Shown here: one piece after another, positions 48,251-56,983 of the stretch
How the letters are laid out: each line of letters begins with the position of its first letter
How positions within the stretch are numbered: the first letter of the stretch is position 1
Origin: Myxococcota bacterium
Lineage (GTDB): Bacteria; Myxococcota; XYA12-FULL-58-9; JABJBS01
NCBI GenBank assembly: GCA_036339465.1
Contig: JAYZAY010000062.1
Span: 101,707 to 165,706 of the forward strand
Direction of reading: 5' to 3'
DNA: 64,000 nt
Position numbers and translations under genes: made by a program
Notes under the pieces: generated by a model
Told to the model about the DNA's origin: nothing
What the model saw: the letters and a program-made list of their open reading frames with translations, nothing else
Databases searched by the model: none

Positions 48251-49435
48251 ATGGCTAAGGATATCTATATTATTTCGGCAAAGCGAACTGTGTTTGGAGC
48301 TTTTGGTGGTTCACTCAAGGGACTAAGTGCCACTGACCTAGGCGTTATTGCGTCAGAATCAGCGTTGAAGGAGGCGGGAGTTGCTCGAGAAGATTTCGGC
48401 CACGTCATGTTTGGAAACGTCATGCAAACATCCGTTGATGCGATTTACCTTGGAAGACATGTTGGGCTTCGTGCTGAATTACCGGAAAATGTACCTGCTC
48501 TCACGATCAACCGTCTTTGTGGTTCTGGATTTCAGGCGGTTATTAGCGGCGCAGAACAGATCCTTTTGGGTGATACCGACGTGACTTTGGTGGGTGGCAC
48601 TGAATCCATGAGCCAGGCTCCACATATTATCCGTGGTGCGCGTTTTGGGCTTGGGCTTGGGAAAGGTGATCTCGAAGATTCTCTATGGACTTGTCTGACC
48701 GATAGTTACACTGGGTTGCCCATGGCCATGACGGCAGAAAAATTGGCGGAGCAGTATGAGATCACTCAAGATGCTGTGGATGACTATTGCGTCGCTTCTC
48801 AGCAGAAATTTGCCAAAGCTCAGCAAACAGGTGTTTTCGATGCTGAGCTGGTACCTGTGACGGTTAAAAGTCGTCGTAAAGAACTCATGGTGGATAAAGA
48901 CGAGCACAACCGTCCTGAAACGAATTTAGAAGGGCTCAAAAAGTTACCCAAAGTATTTAAGAAAGATGGTGTTATTCACGCGGCGGCAGCCAGCGGAATT
49001 TGTGATGGCGCAGCAGCTTTGGTGCTTGCTTCAGGTGACTATGTTGAGAAACATGGGCTTAAGCCTTTGGCGAAACTCGTGGGTTTTGGTGTTTCAGGAT
49101 GCGATCCCACGATTATGGGAATTGGCCCCGTACCAGCGACTAAGCAACTTTTGGCTAGAACCGATTCAACCATCGGTGACTATGATTTAATTGAGGTAAA
49201 CGAAGCTTTCGCACCCCAGGTTCTGGCGGTCAAGAAGGCTTTGGAGATCCCAGGGGAAAAACTCAATGTGAATGGTGGCGCCCTTGCGGTTGGTCACCCA
49301 CTGGGGGCTAGCGGCGCCCGGATTACGGCTCATTTGGTTCATGAAATACGACGCCGCGGTGGACGTTATGCTCTTGGTTCTGCTTGCATCGGTGGTGGGC
49401 AGGGTATCGCTCTTGCCATCGAAGCAGTACAATAA
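48251..49435 (+). CDS. Acetyl-CoA C-acyltransferase (thiolase)
   Basis: NRLCGSG, NEAFA, GHPLGASG, CIGGGQG. Confidence 0.95.
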   Translation: MAKDIYIISAKRTVFGAFGGSLKGLSATDLGVIASESALKEAGVAREDFGHVMFGNVMQTSVDAIYLGRHVGLRAELPENVPALTINRLCGSGFQAVISGAEQILLGDTDVTLVGGTESMSQAPHIIRGARFGLGLGKGDLEDSLWTCLTDSYTGLPMAMTAEKLAEQYEITQDAVDDYCVASQQKFAKAQQTGVFDAELVPVTVKSRRKELMVDKDEHNRPETNLEGLKKLPKVFKKDGVIHAAAASGICDGAAALVLASGDYVEKHGLKPLAKLVGFGVSGCDPTIMGIGPVPATKQLLARTDSTIGDYDLIEVNEAFAPQVLAVKKALEIPGEKLNVNGGALAVGHPLGASGARITAHLVHEIRRRGGRYALGSACIGGGQGIALAIEAVQ

Positions 49436-49458
49436 TTGATGTTTTTGGGGGAATAGAG

Positions 49459-50721
49459 ATGAGTCAGCACGATGTTGAACAGGATCACGATTTTATCTTC
49501 AATTGGAATCGATTAAAGAAAGTTGCGTCTTTGAGTCCGAAGCCATTCGACCTTTTCGACGAGACCTTGCGGGATGGTATTCAATCCCCATCGGTTACGG
49601 ATCCAACTGTTCAGGAGAAGGTTGAGATCATCCATTTAATGGAATCTTTGGGCATAGGTTCCGCGGATCTTGGTCTACCAGGAGCGGGTAAACGGGCCTA
49701 TGAAGACACTTTGGCACTCGTTCAAGAGATTGACCGCACGAGGATGAAACTCAAGCCAGCAGCGGCCGCACGTACGATGGTGAAAGATATCCAGCCCATC
49801 GTGGATATCACCCAGAAGACCGGAGTTGCGGTGGAGGTCTATGCGTTTATTGGTTCGAGCCCGATTAGGCTTTTTTCCGAGGATTGGTCCGCTGACAGTT
49901 TGATGGGCCATATCGAAGAGAGCATCAAATTTGCGGTTTCGGAAGGGCAAGAAATTTGTCTGGTCACTGAGGATACGACGCGCTCTCGTCCTGAAGTGTT
50001 GGACCCTCTTTTTCGTCGGGCGATCGAGCTAGGCGCAAACCGTCTATGTTTGTGTGATACCGTTGGGCATGCCACACCGGATGGAATTCACAATCTTTTT
50101 GATTGGACCCGTTCTTTGCTGAGAGGTCTTGGGGCTGAGCATGTAAAACTTGATTGGCATGGACACAACGACCGAGGATTGGGGGTGACCAATGCTATTA
50201 TCGCCATTGAAGCTGGTGCGGATCGAGTGCACGGCACGGGTTTGGGGGTGGGAGAGAGAGTTGGAAATGCATCCATGGACCAGATCCTGTTGAATTTGAA
50301 ATTACTGGATGAATGGGAACCGGGTCTAGAGCATTTACTTCTTTATTGCCAAGCTATTTCTAGGGCATGTCGCGTGGATATTCCCTACAATTATCCCATG
50401 GCCGGTAGAGACGCATTTCGTACGGGTACCGGAGTCCATGCTGCGGCGATTATTAAGGCCCAAAAGAAAGGTGACCATTATCTTGCGGATCGAGTTTATT
50501 CGGGGGTTCCTGCCGGAATGTTTGGTCGTCACCAGGAAATTGAAATAGGGCACATGAGTGGATTTTCCAACGTTATCTTTTGGCTCGAATCCCGACGTAT
50601 ACCTGTTGAGGAGGAGCTGGCCCAGGGGATTTTCGCTAAGGCCAAAGCCATCAATCGGGTTTTATCCGAAGACGAGATAATGAGTGTGGTAAGAAATTAC
50701 CAAAATGCTAAGTTAAAGTGA
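49459..50721 (+). CDS. LeuA/homocitrate-synthase (DRE-TIM) family protein lacking the LeuA regulatory domain; start ATG 49459
   Basis: DETLRDGIQ, DTVG, HGHNDRG, GERVGN; about 420 aa. Confidence 0.85.
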   Translation: MSQHDVEQDHDFIFNWNRLKKVASLSPKPFDLFDETLRDGIQSPSVTDPTVQEKVEIIHLMESLGIGSADLGLPGAGKRAYEDTLALVQEIDRTRMKLKPAAAARTMVKDIQPIVDITQKTGVAVEVYAFIGSSPIRLFSEDWSADSLMGHIEESIKFAVSEGQEICLVTEDTTRSRPEVLDPLFRRAIELGANRLCLCDTVGHATPDGIHNLFDWTRSLLRGLGAEHVKLDWHGHNDRGLGVTNAIIAIEAGADRVHGTGLGVGERVGNASMDQILLNLKLLDEWEPGLEHLLLYCQAISRACRVDIPYNYPMAGRDAFRTGTGVHAAAIIKAQKKGDHYLADRVYSGVPAGMFGRHQEIEIGHMSGFSNVIFWLESRRIPVEEELAQGIFAKAKAINRVLSEDEIMSVVRNYQNAKLK

Positions 50722-52287
50722 TCCGCTCACCCTGAATCGACGAGAATCAATCGCATATTTACGCACGCGCAATCCCATGATTCGTTCGGTGATACCGAGA
50801 TCTTGGGCGGCTTTACGCATGTTACCTCGATGGGTTTTAAGGGATTCGATGATCATTTCGCATTCGAGATTATCAACCGCCTCTTGCAGTGTCCTTGGAT
50901 TTGTTGTCCCGGTGGCATTGGACGTTTGAAGGGAGGGCGGTAGGTGATGACCGTGGATCACGCCATCGTCCGAAAGCAAAACTGCCCGTTCAATGCAGTT
51001 TTCTAATTCTCGGACATTGCCTGGCCAGTGATAGCTTGTGAGCATATCGATGGCAGGGGTCGATATTCTTGAAATGGTTTTTGAATTTACCTTGGCATAT
51101 CGTTCGGCGAAGAAATCAGCGAGGAGTGGAATATCGGTCCGTCGGTCCCTAAGGGGAGGGGCGGAAATGGGGAAAACGTTCAATCGATAATAGAGATCTT
51201 CCCTGAAGTTTCCCTCTTCGATGAGTTCTTCTAGGTTTCGGTTTGTAGCCGCGATAATTCGAAGGTCGGCTCGTATGGTCTTGCTTCCGCCTACGCGTTC
51301 AAATTCACGTTCTTGGAGAAATCGGAGGAGCATGATTTGCGTTGACATTGGGAAGTCGCCAATTTCATCTAAGAAAATGGAACCGCTGTTGGCCATTTCA
51401 AAGCGGCCGATTCGTTGTTTGGTTGCCCCAGTAAATGCACCTTGTTCATGCCCAAAAAGCTCACTTTCCAGGAGGGTGGGGGAGAGCGCCGCACAATTAA
51501 CTTTTACAAAGGGGCGAGAGGCTCTTTCACTGTTGTAGTGGAGGGCTTGGGCTACAAGCTCCTTGCCCACACCGCTTTCACCTCGGATAATGACGGTAGC
51601 ATCACTGCGACAGACTTTTGAGATTTGGTCATAAACAACCCGCATGGCTTTGGAATTGCCAATGATATTGGAGGGCCTGAACTTGTTTTTGAGTTCGTTT
51701 TGAAGACGTGCATTTTCGTCGAGTAGACTTTGCCTCTCCTCCTCATGTCGCTGGTACCGTTCGATGGTATGTGCAAGCATGCCACCGAGGGTTTGTAGCA
51801 ACCGGAGATCCTCTTCTTGGGCAATGTCTGGACTAAAGACTTGGTCAGCACTTAGCGCTCCGAGGGCTTTGTTCCCTGATTTAATAGGAATACAGATGAA
51901 GGAAATATCTGATTTGCTTAAGGTTGGTCGGGCTCCCGTTCTATTCAAGAATAGGGGCTCTTCGGTAACTTTGGGGACAATGGCAGCTTCGCCAGTTTCA
52001 ACAACAGCTCCGGTGACCCCTTCTCCAAGTTTATACACGCCCCGTTGGAGTTGAGAAGTGGAAAGCCCGTAGGCTGCTTTGATTTCCACGGTGTTAGTGC
52101 GCTCGTTCAAAAGGGAAATGGTTCCTCTTACCATATTCAGGTGTTCGGCCATGGCCTTAAGAATGGGTTGTGCGACTTCGGCAAAGTCGAAGCTTTGTCC
52201 TAGAATCTGAGAGACTTCGAAAAGAAGTCTTAATTCTCGCACTTCTCTGGAATCCGTATTTTCCACAACAACCGATAATGATGCCAT
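50713..52287 (-). CDS. NifA-like sigma54 activator (GAF-AAA+-HTH)
   Basis: GAF domain (GEGVTG.V...EPLFLNRT), GESGVGKE, GAFTGA, WPGNVRELEN, HTH. Confidence 0.92.
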   Translation of the reverse strand: MASLSVVVENTDSREVRELRLLFEVSQILGQSFDFAEVAQPILKAMAEHLNMVRGTISLLNERTNTVEIKAAYGLSTSQLQRGVYKLGEGVTGAVVETGEAAIVPKVTEEPLFLNRTGARPTLSKSDISFICIPIKSGNKALGALSADQVFSPDIAQEEDLRLLQTLGGMLAHTIERYQRHEEERQSLLDENARLQNELKNKFRPSNIIGNSKAMRVVYDQISKVCRSDATVIIRGESGVGKELVAQALHYNSERASRPFVKVNCAALSPTLLESELFGHEQGAFTGATKQRIGRFEMANSGSIFLDEIGDFPMSTQIMLLRFLQEREFERVGGSKTIRADLRIIAATNRNLEELIEEGNFREDLYYRLNVFPISAPPLRDRRTDIPLLADFFAERYAKVNSKTISRISTPAIDMLTSYHWPGNVRELENCIERAVLLSDDGVIHGHHLPPSLQTSNATGTTNPRTLQEAVDNLECEMIIESLKTHRGNMRKAAQDLGITERIMGLRVRKYAIDSRRFRVSGSL

Positions 52288-52934
52288 GATATATTTCCCC
52301 CGCAGGTTTTATTCCAAATACGCGAGGGGTAGAATCCTCAATATAATGCATTGTGTCAAGTACCGTGAAGTGGATTTTTGACATGGTGCTCCATGGGACT
52401 CTTGGATCTGACCATGCTTTTGTCTTTTGGCGACCCATCGTCAGGATCTCAATCCGCCCCGGACAAAGTTCAAGGGAGCGCGCAGGGAAGTATTTACTTA
52501 AGGATCTGTTATGATGGCTTTTATTGGGTAAATCCGATTCCCAGAAAGAGCCGCCCTATATGTGAAGCAAAGACCTAATGATGGAGAAACTCTTACGGGT
52601 CATACCTGTTTTTAAGCGAAAATAATTCGTCACGACCCATGTGCATTAAAGTACTTTCATTTACCGGCTTCAACACAATTTCATTCGACCTAAAAGAAAC
52701 GACTTAAATGTAGAAATTGACCCTAATCAGCTCATTGCTCTATTCGTGGCTTTCGTGTGTGTGGGGGAGGGGGGGTGGGGAAACTTGCAGGGTTGCTACC
52801 GGTTTTGGTAGTCCACGTCCTCAGGTTTTCGATTACTTGATTGTATCGGGGTTGGAGCTTAATAAACTTTTGCAGGTGGGTGAATACAATTTTCACTGAA
52901 TGAGCAACGTTTAAATTTTAATAGGTCGTTTGGC

Positions 52935-53831
52935 ATGAATGAAATTCAATGGTTTGGTGAGCGTGTATCGATATTAAAATTATCGGGTGTTGACCGCTTA
53001 GATTTTTTACATCGGCTCACCACCAACGCCTTAAAAGGGTTGGAGTCCGGCGCGGCGATTTCGACGGTCGTTACCACAAATCAGGGGAAAATGCTGGATT
53101 GGGTGGAAGTGGTTGCTCAGGAAGATTGTGCTTTACTGATTTCCACCGCTTGCCGAGCAGAGAGAGTCCGTGAATGGTTTGAGCAATTTATCATTATGGA
53201 TGATGTGGAATTGGAAATTTGTTCCGACGCGTATGCTGTCTTTCGCGTCGTTGGAATTGACCTTTCTGGGGCATGGCATCATGAATTGGACCAACTGAGT
53301 GATTGCAGCGTGTTTCAAGATGATGGCCGTTACGGAGGGGGCTATCTCATTTTTTGTCCTAAAACATTGGAAGAGTACTTGAGGAGCAAGTTTATAGAGT
53401 TGGAGTTGATTGAATTGAGTCTAGCAGAGCGGGAAAATCTCAGGGTTTTAATGGGGGTGCCCAGCCCGAATAATGAATTTGAATCTCCGGTAAATCCATT
53501 GGAATTGCGTTTGAATGGGCGTTCAATCAGTTTCAATAAGGGGTGCTATATCGGTCAAGAGGTTCTTTCTCGTCTAGATGCCTATGACAAGTTGGCAAGG
53601 GTCTTAATTGGATTCGATGGGGAACGAGAGCACTTAAGCGAAATGGAAGTTGGGCAAAAACTTTATGTGGACGGGAAGGTTATCGGCAAGGTTACGTCGG
53701 TTGAACCAGCGGCAGGGGCTGGGCTTGCCATTGTTTACCGGGATTTTTCTCAAGATGGAAATAAGGTTAACTCGTTGCGGGATGGAGGTGTTTTTTACAC
53801 TCTTCGTGATAGACCTTTTTGGTTATCTTAG
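52935..53831 (+). CDS. ygfZ: Folate-binding Fe-S repair protein YgfZ/GcvT family
   Basis: G.DRLDFLHRLTTN and the KGCYIGQE signature. Confidence 0.9.
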   Translation: MNEIQWFGERVSILKLSGVDRLDFLHRLTTNALKGLESGAAISTVVTTNQGKMLDWVEVVAQEDCALLISTACRAERVREWFEQFIIMDDVELEICSDAYAVFRVVGIDLSGAWHHELDQLSDCSVFQDDGRYGGGYLIFCPKTLEEYLRSKFIELELIELSLAERENLRVLMGVPSPNNEFESPVNPLELRLNGRSISFNKGCYIGQEVLSRLDAYDKLARVLIGFDGEREHLSEMEVGQKLYVDGKVIGKVTSVEPAAGAGLAIVYRDFSQDGNKVNSLRDGGVFYTLRDRPFWLS

Positions 53832-54436
53832 GGGCTAAGGAGCCCTTTTTCCTTCAGGAATTGTAGGCAAATGGTGACGGCTTGACTGAGTTCCACTTTA
53901 TGGGTCGTGAGGGTTAGATCTGGAGATTTCGGTGGTTCATAGGGTGATGAAATTCCCGTAAAGGAGTGGACCTCTCCTGATCTGGCTTTTTTATAGAGTC
54001 CTTTTGGGTCGCGTTGTTCACACACTTCTAGGGGGACATCGATATAAATTTCGAAAAACGGGATGTGATTCTTTTCGTGAATTTCGCGAATCTTGTTTCT
54101 TTGCGCTTGGAGTGGGCTGATGAAGCAGGCGAGTACGAGGCATCCAGAGTCTGCTACTAGGGAACTCACTTCTCCGGCTCGCCGAAGATTCTCGGTTCGG
54201 TCTTGGTTTGAAAATCCAAGGTCAGAGCATAGTCCGTGTCGAATATTGTCACCATCGATTCTGTAAGACGGCCGTTTTACTTCGATGAGCGCCTTTTCAA
54301 GAGCGATGGCCACCGTACTCTTACCCGACCCACTGAGGCCAGTAAACCAAAGGGTTGCACCGTGGTGCCCAAGGCGTTCCCATCGGCTTTTCTGGTCGAG
54401 GATGCCATGGGACCAAGTCAAATTGTTTGTCGTCAT
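53828..54436 (-). CDS. cysC: Adenylyl-sulfate kinase; start revised to ATG 54436
   Basis: WFTGLSGSGKST, DGDNIRHGL, RDPKGLYKKA, FTGISSPYE. Confidence 0.95.
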   Translation of the reverse strand: MTTNNLTWSHGILDQKSRWERLGHHGATLWFTGLSGSGKSTVAIALEKALIEVKRPSYRIDGDNIRHGLCSDLGFSNQDRTENLRRAGEVSSLVADSGCLVLACFISPLQAQRNKIREIHEKNHIPFFEIYIDVPLEVCEQRDPKGLYKKARSGEVHSFTGISSPYEPPKSPDLTLTTHKVELSQAVTICLQFLKEKGLLSP

Positions 54437-54534
54437 GGTGTTTTCATGGAGGGTAGGAAAGGGTTCTGTCAAGGATTCGTTGCTTCTATTGTATCTGGTC
54501 TTGCTGGATTTGTGGGCGTGTTGTATCGGAGGAC

Positions 54535-55548
54535 ATGAGGAAAATCATGTTTACTACCGACCATTTACTGCCATTGCTGGAGGAGCAGTTGCGCAAAGCT
54601 GTTGATGAAATGTCTGGCAATGTCGATTCTATGATTGTTCAAGCGTCTCAACAACATTTGAATACCGGTGGTAAACGATTGCGCGCGAGATTGGCCTTGG
54701 CTGCGTTGTCGGCTTTTGGGAAGAGTCCACAGGAGTATATGGCTTGGGGAACTGCTTGTGAATTGCTCCATAATGCGACTTTGGTGCATGACGATTTGCA
54801 AGATGGTGATCGACTACGGCGGGGACATCCCACCGTGTGGGTTCGCCACGGTATGGCCCAGGCTATCAATACAGGTGATTTTCTATGGATGCTTCCCTTT
54901 TTGGAATTGGGTCGATTTTCTATCCCCGATGGAATCAGGTGGAGTTTAGCGGAATTACTGGCTCGGCAGAGTATTGAGGTGATTCGAGGACAGTCATTGG
55001 AGCAAGCTTTGACAGTTTCTCAGAACGTAGAAAAGGATCAGTACTATGCATCCATCAGGGGCAAGACCAGCGCGCTATTTGCTGTTCCGGTCGAAGGAGC
55101 GGCTTTGATTGCAGGAATACCTGAGATTGCGCGACGCCAGCTGAGAACGATTTTTGGAGATGTTGGTGTCATGTTTCAGATCCAAGATGACATTCTGGAT
55201 CTCTATGGAGACAAGGGAAGAGATTTTACGGGAGCCGATATTCGGGAAGGAAAGATCAGCGCGTTGGTGGTGGAGCATTGTGTGCAGTGTCCCGAGGATA
55301 AAGCCAAATTACTCGATGTTTTGGGGCGGGAGCGCGATTCAATAGATGTGTCTGAGGTTACTTGGTGGATCAATCGTTTCCGGGAGCGTGGTTCTTTGGG
55401 GAAATTGTGTGAATCACTGCTGAAAATGAAGGAAAGTGTGCTCAGAAAGGTTGATGAATCCCCAGACCTTCGCGGAATCATGGATATCACGTCTACTTTG
55501 ATCGATTTGTCTTTGACACCCATCGGGTCAGTGCTTGAGGAGCTTTAG
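54535..55548 (+). CDS. Polyprenyl diphosphate synthase
   Basis: GGKRLR, HDDLQD..RRG, GKTS, FQIQDDILD. Confidence 0.92.
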   Translation: MRKIMFTTDHLLPLLEEQLRKAVDEMSGNVDSMIVQASQQHLNTGGKRLRARLALAALSAFGKSPQEYMAWGTACELLHNATLVHDDLQDGDRLRRGHPTVWVRHGMAQAINTGDFLWMLPFLELGRFSIPDGIRWSLAELLARQSIEVIRGQSLEQALTVSQNVEKDQYYASIRGKTSALFAVPVEGAALIAGIPEIARRQLRTIFGDVGVMFQIQDDILDLYGDKGRDFTGADIREGKISALVVEHCVQCPEDKAKLLDVLGRERDSIDVSEVTWWINRFRERGSLGKLCESLLKMKESVLRKVDESPDLRGIMDITSTLIDLSLTPIGSVLEEL

Positions 55549-56819
55549 GGAAGGATGATTTGCCCTGGAATAAAGGCCATCTTTTCACGGGACATTATTT
55601 TTTCGGATTGCTTAAGATATTTTTGGGCAGAGACGTCACTGGGTCTAATCCTGAGTATGTCGATGGCTGTTTGTTGACATTCTCTCCAACGCTTAATCTT
55701 GCAGAGTTTTCTTAGTTGCTTGGACAGTTCTGTGTGGTATTTAGCCTGGGCGTTGTCTCGAAGCTGTTCTAGTTTTCCATACCTTTCGGCTTTGATGAAT
55801 TGAGAAAGATTGCGTAGTGACTTTGCAGCATTAGCAACATGACCCGTTAGAAGAAGCTTCTTTGCTTTTTCGTAGAGTTGGAGAGCTTGCTCTTCCATTA
55901 AGAGTGTCTCTTTTGCTCGGAGCGCTTCGCGGTTAATTGGCGACAATTGCAGGATTTCTTCATAAACTCCGAGGGCGCTCTGGTATTTTTTTTGGCTTTT
56001 TAATTGTTGTGCGTGGGATAGTTTGAGGGTGAGATTCGATTCATATTCTTCCCAACTGGAAAAGACAGTTCCAGTGCTTGTCATTGTTGCTGTCTGGGTT
56101 TTAGGGGGCACGATCTCGGAGTAGTAAAAGGAGAGTGCTCCCCCAAGTGCTGTGATGCTTAGTATCAAGGGTAAGAGCACCTTGGATGATATGGATTTTG
56201 TAACCGGTCTTGCTTCGACTTTTTCAGTCAGTGGAGTAAGTTTGAAAGCGACCGTTCCGAAAGCAATGGTATCAAACTCGGATACAATGGCTTCGGTAAT
56301 TCTAACATTGTTTCGATAGGTGCCGTTTCTGCTATCTAGATCTTTGACTCTTAAGCCGCCGGGTTGCACCACCAACTCAGCATGCACGCGTGAGATCGAC
56401 TCCATGTTTAGCTGCAGATTGCAGTCTTCTGAGCGCCCAAGTGTTAGCAGCCCGGGAAGGAGGACATAGGAAGCTCCTTCGACTTCCTCAGATTCGCCAA
56501 CCAGGGCATAGTCCTTCGGTTTTTTGTTGGTTTTTGGCTTGAGGGTTAGAGTTGTTGAGCCCACCGTGATTTGGGTTTCTTTACGGATGGAAATAGGGGT
56601 CGAAATGCGTTGGCCGGCTATTATGGTACCGTTTGCACTTCCCATGTCTTCGATGATGGCTGATCCGGATTGAACCGTAATCTTGAAATGTTTCCGCGAG
56701 AGCTGGTTGTTGTCGATGGTAATATCAACATCATGGGAACGTCCCACTATGTGAGAGCCATCCTTCAAGTCTAGGGTTCGAGCTGGACTTTTGGGGCTAT
56801 GAATATCAAGTTGAAACAT
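55545..56819 (-). CDS. FHA-FHA-TM-TPR protein
   Basis: Two FHA domains (GR...SRKH...SANGT and GR...SRVH...SRNGT), a TM helix and periplasmic TPR-like helices. Confidence 0.88.
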   Translation of the reverse strand: MFQLDIHSPKSPARTLDLKDGSHIVGRSHDVDITIDNNQLSRKHFKITVQSGSAIIEDMGSANGTIIAGQRISTPISIRKETQITVGSTTLTLKPKTNKKPKDYALVGESEEVEGASYVLLPGLLTLGRSEDCNLQLNMESISRVHAELVVQPGGLRVKDLDSRNGTYRNNVRITEAIVSEFDTIAFGTVAFKLTPLTEKVEARPVTKSISSKVLLPLILSITALGGALSFYYSEIVPPKTQTATMTSTGTVFSSWEEYESNLTLKLSHAQQLKSQKKYQSALGVYEEILQLSPINREALRAKETLLMEEQALQLYEKAKKLLLTGHVANAAKSLRNLSQFIKAERYGKLEQLRDNAQAKYHTELSKQLRKLCKIKRWRECQQTAIDILRIRPSDVSAQKYLKQSEKIMSREKMAFIPGQIILP

Positions 56820-56983
56820 GATTCCTAGGTCTTCTTTAGTTGTTGGCGTTATGGTCTTCGAACAACGATAATTTAGACTACCTTTTTGGCTGTATTACTT
56901 ACTACCTGCCATGGGGTCCACTTAGAACTCAAGTTTATTTGCACCTGACTTTTGGTGTGATGTCAAACTCTTGAAGAAACAAA

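Noticed and set aside
50713..52287. Nitrogen fixation locus
   Set aside because: Only a NifA-like domain architecture is present; there is no nifHDKENB in the window.
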